Below, piece after piece: positions 24,767 to 36,649 of a stretch of DNA of 64,000 bases (positions within the stretch are counted from its first letter, which is position 1; every line of letters begins with the position of its first letter). A program made the translations under genes and the position numbers. The notes beneath the pieces were generated by a model. The model was given only the letters and a program-made list of their open reading frames with translations. It was not told where the DNA came from and did no database searches. The stretch covers positions 186,001 to 250,000 of the forward strand of contig JASTWF010000207.1 in assembly GCA_030390025.1 (NCBI GenBank), written 5' to 3'. The stretch is from Squalus acanthias. Lineage: Eukaryota.

Positions 24767-25477
24767 TCCTCAATCAACATCACTAAAATAGATTATGTGG
24801 TCATTATCACATTGCTGTTTGTGGGAGTTTGCCGTGCGCATGTTGGCTGCCGTGTTTCCTACACTTCAATACTGACTACACTTCAAACGTACTTCATTGG
24901 CAGTAAAGCACTTTGGGATGCTGTGAGGTCATGAAAGGTGCTATATAAATGCAAGTCTTTCTTTTTTCTTTTATTATAATAATATCTATGTCTAGCAGGC
25001 AGCAGTACGAGCTGCTAGAACTGGAACTTAAATTTATCATTTATGATCAGATCACCCGAATGCTGTAACTTTTTCATATTCTGGGATGTTGATATCCTGG
25101 AAAGACTCGATTCCGCCACTCCAGATCCATATTTAACACAGGAGTACCCATTATGTGCAACATTCAAAGGGATGATACCCGGCATCAAAAGGTATGTTTT
25201 GGATTATTCTTATCAAAACATTTACAATCGAAAAACCTTTTTTTTTAAAGTTCCAACTACACCAGTGAGTCTTTACTACAGCCAGACTCTTCCATTATAT
25301 TTACAGACAGCCGTCGCTCAACTTTTCTACATGTTGTTTTCCTCCACTTTTGAAACTTATTCGGTCCAGGAGCGAATCTGATGTAATTAAAACTAATTCG
25401 CTAACAGTACTGAAGGTGGTTCTTCTGCCCTTTCTCAAAGTTAATTCTTTCAGTTTAATTTCGGGCACGGTACCTAC

Positions 25478-25545
25478 CAGTTTCTACGGAAGTATTCCTC
25501 GGCCAGCTCCTGCCGCTGCATCTTCAGCAGCGCTAAAGTCGCCAT
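25478..25545 (-). CDS. SPATA17: SPATA17 coding exon 1
   Basis: AAGATGG Kozak; MATLALLKMQRQELAEEYFRRN(W) resembles recalled human MATLARLQ...YYFRN; donor TG|gtaggt; 68 bp, in frame with exon 2. Confidence 0.92.
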
Positions 25546-25914
25546 CTTCTTCTTTCAGTTGTAGCGCGTTGCCATGGACACCGGGCGAGCCTGAGGCATC
25601 TCGGCAGAGGTGGGGACCGCTTTATAAACTGCGCCCGCAGAAAGGTACCGGCTGCAACAACAACAACAAAAAAACTGTAATAGTTAGGATACAAATACCT
25701 TTTTATCTGTCAGACGGTGATGTCGAACGTGAAGGACGGGCGATGTGAAAAGAGTTGAGTTTCGTAATGGTTTGGACCTCCTTCCGGTGCACGGTTGCTT
25801 TTTCCCGTCCTCCCCTGGCCCGGGCATGGTGGCGCCCGGAGCTCATTAAAGGCGAATATTTGATAATTGTTTATTACAATAATAATAATAAGCGGCCCAT
25901 TAAAACACCCTTTG
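25546..25914. promoter_or_regulatory. CpG-rich bidirectional promoter and 5' UTRs of SPATA17 and GPATCH2
   Basis: 369 bp between divergent ATGs; CpG-rich from ~25480 to 26170; X-box-like GTTGCCATGGACAC (25568-25581), YY1-like CGCCATCTT (25540-25548), ETS-like CTTCCGG (~25781). Confidence 0.85.
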
Positions 25915-25964
25915 ATGTTCGGCGCGACAAACAAACAAACTCTGCGCAGTACAGGCGGCGGCTG
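25915..25964 (+). CDS. GPATCH2: GPATCH2 coding exon 1
   Basis: MFGATNKQTLRSTGGG(W), strong donor TG|gtgagt; recalled human N-terminus MFGAAGRQ...W; splices in frame to exon 2 (TG+G). Confidence 0.88.
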
Positions 25965-26900
25965 GTGAGTAGGCGGTGCCCAGGCTCCGGGCAGGGAGCT
26001 GAGCAGAGCCGAGCGGTGTCTGGCAGCGTTGTTTTCACATGTGTGCACAGTTTGTGAAGTGCTGGCTTGGCAGGGAAGGCCCGGTGCCCGCGCTGCCCTC
26101 GGCCACTGGCCGCCAGCCTGGGTTGCCGGTGCTGGTTGTAAATAAATGCTGTCGCACGATCTCGGAGGGATTTTATTTCAAGTAATACTGCACGTCTGCC
26201 TTGCCCACCCCACCACATGAGTAGTGCAGATTGTGGGCCTTGTAGTATTATCGTCAGCCAGTGTAGAGGAAACAGACAATTTACATCTGTTGTCTGCAAC
26301 CTCAAAGTGGTGGCCAGTTAACCCCTTCCCCAAATTTCTTTATGCTATTGGGATTGTGATTATGGGTCACATCTCAAGATGTGGGGAATTATTTCTAAGA
26401 AGCTTCTTCTAGACCTTTGATAGAAGATACAGGAACTTCTACACACTATTGACAGTAAACAAGAAGATGTACGAAGGCCGGAAACAAGGGTTACTGGTTC
26501 CCGAGCATTCTGAAAACTCAAAAATAAATGATTTTCTCATTACAATCACGGTCGATTGGGGGTATAGAACTAATGTTTTCATTTGAGGAGCATAGACTAT
26601 GATGATCTTTGCCACTGAATATGCACCAGGATTGTGATATGTTTGTCGATAAAAGAGAGATAGATAATCTTTATTTGAAGTTAAATTCTGGGTAAGAATG
26701 AAAACACAACTTTAATTACTTTGGTGGAAAGTAGGGTCATAAGAAAAGTTGGATGAGAAAAGACTATACGTTTCCCTGTAGGAGTAATCCTTAAGGTTCA
26801 ATATAGGAAATGCACACTACTAATATAACATTAAATGCTACTTTATAATGCTGAAGTGCGGCCATGTTATTTTCAACACAATATTGTTACTTTAAAACTA

Positions 26901-29522
26901 AAGCAAAATACTGCGGATGCTGGAAATCTGAAATAAAAACAGAAAATACTAGAAATACTCAGCAGGTCAGGCAGCATCTGTGGAGAGAGAAACAGAGTTA
27001 ACTGTGGAGGAGGAATTCTTAGAATGTTTACGGGATGGTTTTCTGGAACAATATGTCGAGGAACCAACCAGAGATCAGGCCATCTTAGACTGGGTATTAT
27101 GTAACGAGAAAGGATTAATTAGCAATCTTGTTGTACAAGGCCCCTTGGGTCAGAGTGATCATAATATGATAGAATTCTTCATTAGGATGGAGAGTGAAGT
27201 AGTTGAATCAGAGACTAGGGTCCTGAATTTAAATAAAGGAAACTACGATGGTATGAGGCGCGAATTGGGTAGGATTGATTGGGGAATGTCACTCAAAGGG
27301 TTGATGGTGGATAGGCAATGGCAAACATTCAAAGACTGCATGGATGAACTACAGAATTTGTTCATCCCAGTGTGGCATAAGAATAAAACAAAAAGGGTGA
27401 CTCAACCGTGGCTAACAAGGGAAATTAGGGATAGCATAAGATCCAAGGAGAGGGCATATAATTTGGCCAGAAAAAGCGGTAACCCTGAGGATTGGGAGCA
27501 GTTTAGGATTCAACAAAGGAGGACAAAGGGATTAATTAAGAAGGGGAAAATAGAATATGAAAGTAAGCTTGCAGGGAACATAAAAACTGACTGTAAGAGT
27601 TTTTATAGATATGTGAAGAGAAAAAGATTAGTGAAATCAAGTGTAGGTCCCTTGCAGTCAGAAGCAGGGGAAGTTATAATGGGGAACAAAGAAATGGCAG
27701 GCCAATTAAATGCATATTTTGGTTCTGTCTTCACAAAGGAGGACACAAATAACCTCCCAGAGATGTTGGAGAACATACGGGTCTGATGAAAGGGAGGAAC
27801 TGAAAGAAATCAGTATTTGCAGGGAAATGGTGTTACGGAAATTGATGGGATTGAAGGCCGATAAATCCCCAGGGCCTGATAATCTACATCCTAGGGTACT
27901 TAAGGAAGTGGCCCTAGAAATAGTAGATGCATTACTGATCATCTTCAAACATTCGATGGAATCTGGAACTGTACCCATGGATTGGAGGGTAGCTAATGTT
28001 ACCCCACTATTCAAAAAGGGTGGTAGAGAGAAAGTGGGGAATTACAGACCGGTAAGCTTGACATCGGTAGTGGGGAAAATGCTAGAGTCCATTATAAAGG
28101 ATGTAATAGCTGAGCACTTGAAAAACAGTGACAGGATCGGACAAAGTCAACATGGATTTACAAAAGGTAAATCGTGCTCGACTAATCTACTGGAATTTTT
28201 TGAGGATGTAACTGGGAAAATAGATAAGGGAGAACCAGTAGATGTGGTGTATTTGGACGTTCAAAAGGCTTTTGATAAGGTCCCGCATAAGAGATTAGCG
28301 TGTAAAGTTAAGGCACATGGGATTGGGGGCAAGGTATTGACTTGGATAGAGAACTGGTTGGCGGACAGAAAGCAGAGAATAGGAATTAATGGGTCTTTTT
28401 CTGAGTGGCAGGCAGTGACTAGTGGGGTACCGCAGGGTTCGGTCCTTGGACCCCAGCTATTCACAATATACATTAATGATCTAGATAAGGGAACTAAATG
28501 TAATATCTCCAAGTTTGCAGATGACACAAAGCTGGGTGGGAGTGTGTGCTGCGAGGAGGATACTGAGAAACTCCAGGATGATTTGGACAGGTTGGGTGAG
28601 TGGGCAGAAGCGTGGCAGATGCAATATAATGTGGATAAATGAGAGGTTATCCACTTTGGTGTCAAAAACAGAAAGGTAGACTATTATCTGAATGGCAATA
28701 GATTGGGAGAAGGGGAAGTGCAACGAGACCTGGGTGTCCTTGTGCACCAGTCGCTGAAGGTAAGCATGCAGGTGCAGCAGGCGGTGAAGAAGGCAAATGG
28801 TATGTTGGCCCTCATAGCGAAAGGGTTTGAGTATAGGAACAGGGATGTCCTGCTGCAGTTGTACAGGGCCTTGGTGAGACCACACCTTGAGTACTGTGTG
28901 CAGTTTTGGTCGCCTTATCTGAGGAAGGATGTTCTTGCCATAGAAGGAGTTGAGCGAAGATTCACAAGGCTGATCCCTGGGATGGCAGGAATGACATATG
29001 AGGAGAGATTGGGTCGATTGGGCTTATACTCGCTGGAGTATAGAAGAATGAGAGGGGATCTCATCGAAACATATCAAATTCTGACAGGTCTGGACAAACT
29101 AGATGCAGGAAGAATGTTCCCGATGGTCGGAGAGTCCAGAACCAGGGGTCATAATCTAAGGATAAGGGGTAAGCCATTTAGGACAGAAATGAGGAAGAAT
29201 TTCTTCACCCAGAGAGTGGTGAACCTGTGGAATTCTCTACCACAGAAGGTAGTTGAGGCCAAGCCATTAAATATATTCAAGAATGAGTTAGATATATTTC
29301 TTAAAGCTAAAGGTATCAAGGATATGGGGAGAAGGCAGGTACAGGGTACTGAGTTTGGATGATCAGCCATGATCTCATCGAATGGCGGAGCAGGCTCGAG
29401 GGGCCAAATGGCCTACTCCTGCTCCTATCTTCTATGTTTCTGTGTAACGTTTCAGGTCGATGATCCTTCATCAGAACTGAGTTCTGCCTGACCTGCTGAG
29501 TATTTCCAGCATTTTCTGTTTG
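26901..29522. mobile_element. Penelope-derived inverted-repeat element (26901-27002 and 29445-29522) with 19-bp flanking direct repeat
   Basis: Direct repeat TATTGTTACTTTAAAACTA at 26882-26900 and 29523-29541; arms AATACTCAGCAGGTCAGGCAG / CTGCCTGACCTGCTGAGTATT; hammerhead-like core on the minus strand. Confidence 0.8.
27003..29444 (+). mobile_element. CR1 LINE, 5'-truncated and relatively young
   Basis: ORF2 broken mainly by a frameshift (~27780) and a stop (28640-28642); FADD intact; tail TTCTATGTTTC; flanked by a TAAC duplication. Confidence 0.95.
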
Positions 29523-29874
29523 TATTGTTACTTTAAAACTAGTTGATCTCCTGTCGCTTTGCACACAGTCAAGACCAAGTGAAGTCTTCAAGTAACGCAG
29601 GGTTGGAGAATGGGGGGATAATTGGCCTCGGGCATGTAGATGAATTCAGTCACCATTTTAAAGTCATATATTCTGTCCTTATTTTTATATATTTATATTA
29701 TAAATGTGGATACAGAAATTTACAATGGAAGCTGCATATGTAAATTTGTCATGCTGTCATTACACCCTCCTGCTAGTGGTCGTGCTGAGGTGTTATCAGA
29801 AATTGACAACTCTGGCAAGGCTTCATTTATTACCCATCCCCTAGCTGACCAGAGAAGATGATGCGAGGTCTTCT

Positions 29875-30155
29875 TCTAGTGACTGTTTTTATAACTGAAT
29901 GGCTTGCTCAGCCACTTCAGGGGCAGTGAGACTATATAGTGTTTACTAGTGTTACAAGTAGGCCAGATCGGATAGGTGTGGCACGATTCCTTCCCTGTAC
30001 ACATCAGTGAACCATTTGATAAGGTAGCAGCTTCTATGGTCAATTTATGTGGTGCTAGCCCACAAATTACTAGTTTAATTGAATTCAGTTTCACAACTTT
30101 CTTTGGTAGGATTTGAACACAGCCTCGAGTTGCGAGTCCAGTACTATAACCACAC
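29875..30155 (-). mobile_element. Old tRNA-derived SINE fragment
   Basis: Minus strand reads GTGGTTATAGTACTGGACT...GTTCAAATCC (A/B-box-like). Confidence 0.5.
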
Positions 30156-30742
30156 TTTTCTTGTGACCCTACTTTCCACGGAGTACTGATTCAGCTGTCT
30201 GATTTGATATGTATTAGAGCCCGAGTTGCACCACGGCTGCTAGGAATTGTCTCATTCGGAACCAGCTAATTATTTGTAGTGTGAATGAAGACACTGGCCA
30301 GTTTGTGCATTTGGAAGACGTGTCTGAGGGTCTCTGAACCTTGGGAGTCACTTAGTTGGTTTGTGCATGCGTGGAAGCCCTGTCCACATGGTGACACCTT
30401 GGAATTGTGCAAGGTACATCAAGGAGTCTTTGACCATGGATACCGTCTGTCTGGATGGGAATTGTGAAGTATTCGGAGGGAGGTATAGCTAGCATTCAGG
30501 TGGTTAAGAGCCCCATAGAATGGTTCATGTTATTTACAGCTGGGGGGGACGGGGGATTGTTGGCACTATTATGAGTAAGTTTATTTTTGTTTTTTTCATG
30601 TTCTGTAATAAATGTATTTATAGAAGGATGATATATAAATATATATAGTAGGATGAGTGACTTTTTCTGGAACATGATTGTGTAGATTTTTTTTGTGTAA
30701 TAAAATTAGGGAGAAAGGTTTTGAATAACATATTGGTACTTT

Positions 30743-33700
30743 TAAGAACATAAGAAATAGGAACAGGAGGAGGCCATTCGGCCCCTCGAGCCTGCTCCAC
30801 CATTCAATAAGATCATGGCTGATCTTCGACCGCAACTCCACTTTCCTGCACTATTCCCATATCCCTTGATTAACTTAATATTCAAAAATCTATCGATCTC
30901 TGTCTTGAATATACTCAACGACTGAGCCTCCACAGCCCTCTGGGGTAGAGAATTCCAAAGATTCACCACCCTCAGAGAGAAGAAATTTCTCCTCATCTGA
31001 GTCCTAAATTGCCGCCCCCTTATTCTGAGACTGTTCTAGACCCCTGGTTGTAGACTCCCCAGCCAGGGGAAACATCCTCCCTGCATCTACCATGTCAAAC
31101 CCTGTAAGAATTTTGTATGTTTCAATGAGATCACCTCTCATTCTTCTAAACTCTAGAGAATATAGGCCTAGTCTACTCAATCTCTCCTCATAGGACAATC
31201 CCCCCATTCCAGGAATCAGTCTGGTGAACCTTCATTGCACTCCCTCTATGGCAAGTATATCCTTCCTTAGGTAAGGAAACCAAAACTGTACACAATACTC
31301 CAGGTGTGGTCTCACCACGGCCCTATATAATTGCAGTAAGACATCTTTACTCTTATACTCAAATCCTCTTGTAATAAAGGCCAAAATACCATTTGCTTTC
31401 TTAATTGCTTGCTGTACCTGCATGTTATCTTTCAGTGATTTGTGTCGAAGGACACCCAGGTCCCTCTGAACACCAACATTTCCCAATCTCTCACCATTTA
31501 AAAAATACTCTGCTTTTCTATTTTTCCTACCAAAGTGGATAACTTCCCATTTCGCCACATTATATTCTGTTTGTCATGTTCTTGCCTACTCACTTAGCCT
31601 GTCTATATCCCCTTGAAGCCTCTTTGCATCCTCCTTACAACTTACTTTGTATCATCAGCAAACTTGGAAATCATCAGCAAACTTGGATATATTATATTTG
31701 GTCCCTTCAACCAAATCATTGATATAGATTGTGAATAGCTAAGGACCAAGCACTGATCCTTGTGGTACCCCACTAGTTACAGCCTGCCAACCTGAAAATG
31801 ACCCGTTTATTCCTACTCTCTGTTTTCTGTCTGTTAACCAATCCTCAATCCATGCTAGTATATTACCCCCAATCTCATGAGCCCTAATTTTGTTTAATAA
31901 CCTCTTGTGTGGCACCTTATTGAATGTCTTCTGAAAATCCAAATACACCACATCCTTTGGTTCCCCCTCATCTATTCTGCTAGTTACAACCTCAAAAAAC
32001 TCTAACAGATTCGTCAAACATGATTTCCCTTTCATAAATCCATGTTGACTCTGTTCAATCCTATTATTATTTTCTAAGTGCCCTGTTACCAAGTCCTTAA
32101 TAATAGATTCTAGCATTTTCCCCACTACTGATGTCAGGCTAACTGGTCTGTAGTTCCCCGTTTTCTCTCTCCCCTCTTTCTTAAATAGAGGGGTTACATT
32201 TGCTACCTTCCAATCTGCAGAAACCGTTCTAGAATCTATGGAATTTTGGAAGATGACAACCAATGCATCCATTATCTCTATAGACACCTCTTTTAAAACC
32301 CTAGGATGTAGGCCATCAGGTCCAGGGGATTTATCGGCTTTCAGTCCCATTAATTTCTCCAGTACTTTTTTTTACTAATACTAATTTCTTTCAGTTCCTC
32401 ATTCTCGCTAGACCCTTGGTTCTGCACTATTTCCGGGAGGTTTTTTGCGTCTTCTTCCGTGAAGACAGACACAAAGTATTTGTTCAATTTCTCTGCCATT
32501 TCCTTATTCCCCATTATAATTTCTCCTGTCTCAGCCTGTAAAGGACCCATGTTTACTTTCGCTAATCTTTTCCTATTTACATACCTATAGAAGCTTTTCT
32601 AGTCTGTTTTTGTCTCTCCTTTACTCTCATATTCTATTTTCCTTTCTTTATCAATTTCTTGGTCCTCCTTTGCTGAATTCTAAAATCCTCCCAATCCTCA
32701 GGCTTACTACTCAATTGGCAACATTGTAAGCCTCTTCCTTTAATCTAATACTATCTTTAATTTCTCTTGTTATCCATGGTTGGACCATTTTTCCCATGGT
32801 GTTTTTATTCCTTAAGAGAATGTATATTCATTGTGAATTATGAATTATTTCTTTAAATGTTTGCCATTGCTTTTCTACTGTCATATCTTTTAATCTATTT
32901 TCCAAGCTACCTTAGCCAACCCAACTCGCCTCTCATACCTACATGGTTTGCTTTGTTCAGGTTTAGGACCCTAGTTTTGGACTTAACTAAATCACTCTCA
33001 AACTCAACATAAAATTCTATCGTATTATGATCACTGCTCCCCAGAGGCTCTTTTACTACAAGCTTATTAATTAACCCTGTCTCATTGCACAGTACTTGAT
33101 CTAAAATAGCCAATTCCCTCGTAGGTTCTTGACATACTTATCTAGAAAACTATCTTGAATGCATTCCATGAACTCTTCCTCTGCACTATTTCTGCAAATT
33201 TGGTTTGCCCAGCCTATATGAAAGTTAAAAGTCCAAAAATGTGCGGGTTAGGTTGATTTGGCTATGATAAATTGACCCTTAGTGTTAGGGGGGGATTAAA
33301 TATGTGGGGTTATGGGGATAGGATGGGATATGTTAGGGGGAATTAAATATGTGGGGTTACGGGGGTAGGGTGGGATATGTGTACTGTGGGGATTAAAGCA
33401 GGGACAGGGTACTGGATTTGAATGATCAGCCATGATCGTATTGAATGGTGGAGCAGGCTCGACGGGCCGAATGGCCTACTCCTGCTCCTAGATTCTATGT
33501 TTCTATGTTAAAGTCCCCCATGATTACTGTATTACCCTTGTTACATGCATCTCTAATTTCCTGATATATACTTTGCCTGACACTACAACCACTGTTCGGG
33601 GGCCTATAGACTTCTCCCACTAGTGCTTTCTGCCCCTTGTTGTTTCTTAGCTCCACCCAAACTAATTCTACATCTTGTTTTTCCAAGCCAAGATCCTTTC

Positions 33701-35383
33701 TCTCTATTGTCTTTATTCCCTCCTTTATTATCAGGGCCACCCCTCCCATTCTGCCTGTCTCTTCTAAAAATCAAATATCCTGGAATATTTAGTTCCCAAC
33801 CGTGGTCAGTCTGCAATCACGTCTCTGTAATGGGCTATTAAATCAAACCCATTTATTTCTATCTGCGCTATTAATTCATCTATTTTGTGGCGAAAGCTTT
33901 GTGCATTCAGATATAGTATCTTTAGCTTTAACTTTTTTCTGTTTTTCCCTGATGTCACTTTAGTCACTAATGCCCTATTACCTTTGTTAATCTTTCTGTC
34001 CCTTCCTGACCCACTCTGCTTATCTTTACCCAGATCACTACTCTGCTCTACATCCTTGACATTTCTCTTACTGCTTTTGAATTTACCCTTTCCTGAATCC
34101 TCCCACCCCACCCCTTCATTAGTTTAAAGCCCTATCTACCACCCTAGTTATTCGATTCACCAGGACACTGGTCCCAGCCCGGTTTAAGTGGAGCCTGTCC
34201 CCATGGAACAGCTCCCTCTTTCCCCAGTACTGGTGCCAGTGCCCCATGAATTGAAATCTCTGCCTCCCACACCACTCTTTGAGCCACGCATTTAACCATC
34301 AAATCTGTTTGTCCCTATGCCAGTTTGCATGTGACTCAGGTAACAATCTAGAGATTATTACCTGTAAGGTTCTGCGTTTTAATTTCAACCCTAGCTCTTC
34401 AAACTCTCTCAGCAGTACCTCATCCCTATTTCTACCTATGTCGTTGGTTCCTACGTGGACCACGACAACTGGATCCCCCCCCCCATCCCACTTCAAGTTC
34501 TTCTCCAGCCACGAGGAGACATCCTTCACACCGGGCAGGCAACACAACCTTCGGAACTCCCGGTCATGGCTGCAGAGAACAATATGTATCCCCCTGACTA
34601 TACTGTCCCCTACTGCTACCACATTCCTTTTCACTGCCCCCCCCACTTGAATGGCCTCCTGCACCATGGTGCCATGGTCAGTTTGCTCATCCACCCTACA
34701 GTCCTTGTTCTCATCCACACAGGTAGCAAGTATCTCATACCTGTTGGTCAAAGTCAATGGTCGAGGCTCCTCCGTCGCTACATCCTGGGTCCCCATACAT
34801 TCCTGACTCTCAGTCACACCCTCCTATCCCTGACCATTGACAAACTCTAAAGTAACCTAAGGGATGTGACTGCCTCCTGAACAAAGTGTTCAGGCAATTC
34901 TCCCCCTCCCTGATGCCCCGCAATGTCTGCACCTCGTACTCCAGCTCAACAACTCTGAGCCGAAGCTCCTCGAGCTGCAGACACTTACCGCAGATGTGGC
35001 TGCTCGGGATCTCGCTGCTGTCCACAAACTCCCACATGCTGCATTACGGCACACCACCTGCCCTACCATGTCTATCTAACCTTCTTTATTTATTTGATTA
35101 GTTAATTAATTATTATTTTTTCAATCAATTATTTTAGTTTTATTAATTAATTGGTTTATCTAGTTTAAGTTACTAATTCAGTAAAGTAAGGTAATAGTAA
35201 GTTACAGTTTCCTAGCTCTGAGTTTAACCCACTTCCCTAATTTAGAGGCTAAAAAAAACTCTAATACTCACCACCCAATCACCTACCTGTTGCCCTGTGA
35301 TGTCACTACTTGATTTTTTTCTGTTTGAAGGTTCCTCGTGCTGCCTCTCTCTTTATAGCACCGCCGCTGCTCTCGTCGTTTTA
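30743..35383 (-). mobile_element. Near full-length CR1 LINE (5' UTR, ORF1 zinc-finger/esterase, ORF2 EN+RT), disrupted
   Basis: ORF1 MWEF..HICGKCLQLEELRLRV, VGDSIVRG, VHVGTND; ORF2 [30 protein letters not shown]; tail AAGAACATAAGAAATAGG at 30744; possible TSD TACTTT (30737-30742 / 35384-35389). Confidence 0.93.
33235..33507 (+). mobile_element. 5'-truncated HE1-like SINE body with CR1 tail, inserted in the CR1
   Basis: ATGTGCGGGTTAGGTTGATTTGGCTATGATAAATTGACCCTTAGTGT body, then CR1-type tail ATCAGCCATGATC..GGCCTACTCCTGCTCCTA..CTATGTTTCTATG; flanked by GTTAAA(A)GTCC. Confidence 0.7.
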
Positions 35384-35794
35384 TACTTTAGTTATTCACA
35401 AATTGGAAAGGAGAAAAGCACAGACTTAGACACTTGACCGATAAGGAAAAAGATAATTTGCTCGTTGTGGGTGTCAGACTTGATGACCACGGCAGATACT
35501 AAATTTTATTATTAAGAAATATATATGAATGAACCTGCATTCTCATTGAAGTTTGTGAGCTGTCATATTCTTCTCACTGAATTCATATCAGGTGTAATGA
35601 TTAGTGTGCTTGTGGATGAACGCTCCAGAACATAGTGAGTAACACATGGGAATGACAATAAGGCATTAATGTTATCAAGGGTTCATTCCCTTATTTTTAA
35701 TATATCTTTTGAAGTTCAGAGGGGGAAAGTTTTGTTGTGTGCTTCCTTGTTTTGTGGATTGAATAGGAGGTCGCTGGCAAAATTGAAAAGAGTA

Positions 35795-36616
35795 GGGGGG
35801 AAAAATTCGGTTGGTTAGCACCTCCAGGGGGTGCTAACGAGGCGCTAGGAATTTAGCGCCCGAGCGGCGTGATTTTAGCGCTGCTCGCGAAATTGACCAG
35901 TCGTTTTGTGGCGGCGCTAAGCACTACCGCCACGATCTCTTGCGCCCACAGATCGTGACGTCAGTCGAGCGTGCAACGCCCTGTAGCGCCCCGGACCGGA
36001 TATTGAGTCGCGCCCCCTGCCTTAGCGCCTGCCGCTAGGAACAACAGGTAGAGGGGAACGTTTTCAAGTCGGGAAGGGGTTGGGGGAGCGCTATTTAAAG
36101 GCGGGCGCTTCCTGCCTTTTTTTGTCGGCAAAATCTTTGGTACACCCAGGTTGAGAGGGAGAGAGACGTCTGGAAAAATTTTATGCTGTCCTAAAGAGTT
36201 TTGGCCCTCAGCACCACTTTTGAGGTTCCTAAGCGCCGAGCTCTTTCCCTGGGCCTATCCATTCGTGCTTCCAACACAATCGCTTTAGAGGTCTCTCCAG
36301 GCCGAGATTCAAGGCTGCAATGAGCAGGGTGTGGCTGGCCAGCAAGATGGCCCCTCCCCTTTAAGAACTGGATGGCGCCAGGCTTCCATGGTAACTGACA
36401 TCGCCTGAGCTTCGGTAGCGTTCTGAGGTAGCGCCTCGCTCCCCGATGTTTGCACCTTAAGAGAGCTGTGTAGCGCCTGATTTAGCGCTCAAATCACCTC
36501 CAGGGGTGATAGAGGTGAATTTTGCAGTCAGAGGCGATAATTAGTGCTGGGCGCTAAACTTTGCGTCCGGCCGATATTAGCGCCCTAAAATGGGCGACAC
36601 CCAATTTTCCCCCCCC
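35795..36616. mobile_element. Harbinger-type MITE
   Basis: TIR GGGGGAAAAATTCGG / CCCAATTTTCCCCCC; many TAGCGCC/GGCGCTA repeats. Confidence 0.8.
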
Positions 36617-36649
36617 GAGAAGAAAAAATGAAGGCAGTCATCAATAGCT

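Larger units (their letters stand above)
22512..24970 (+). mobile_element. tRNA-derived SINE (SacSINE1/DeuSINE-like), split: 22512-22781 and 24767-24970
   Basis: A-box TGGCTCAGTGG, B-box-like GGTCCAAGTCC, core GGATGAGACGTTAAAC and L2-like tail GCTATATAAATGCAAGTC; the halves rejoin to match the copy at 39597-40030. Family name is from recall. Confidence 0.8.

Noticed and set aside
25350-26305. Overlapping 100-143 aa ORFs over the promoter
   Set aside because: Expected in GC-rich DNA, with no recognisable motifs; the real coding parts are the two short first exons.
30200-30620. Possible Tx1/L1 3' remnant
   Set aside because: Too decayed to support a family call by eye.
35795-36616. CRISPR-like array from recurring TAGCGCC words
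   Set aside because: Short, irregularly spaced motifs inside a TIR element in a vertebrate genome; no fixed repeat-spacer period.
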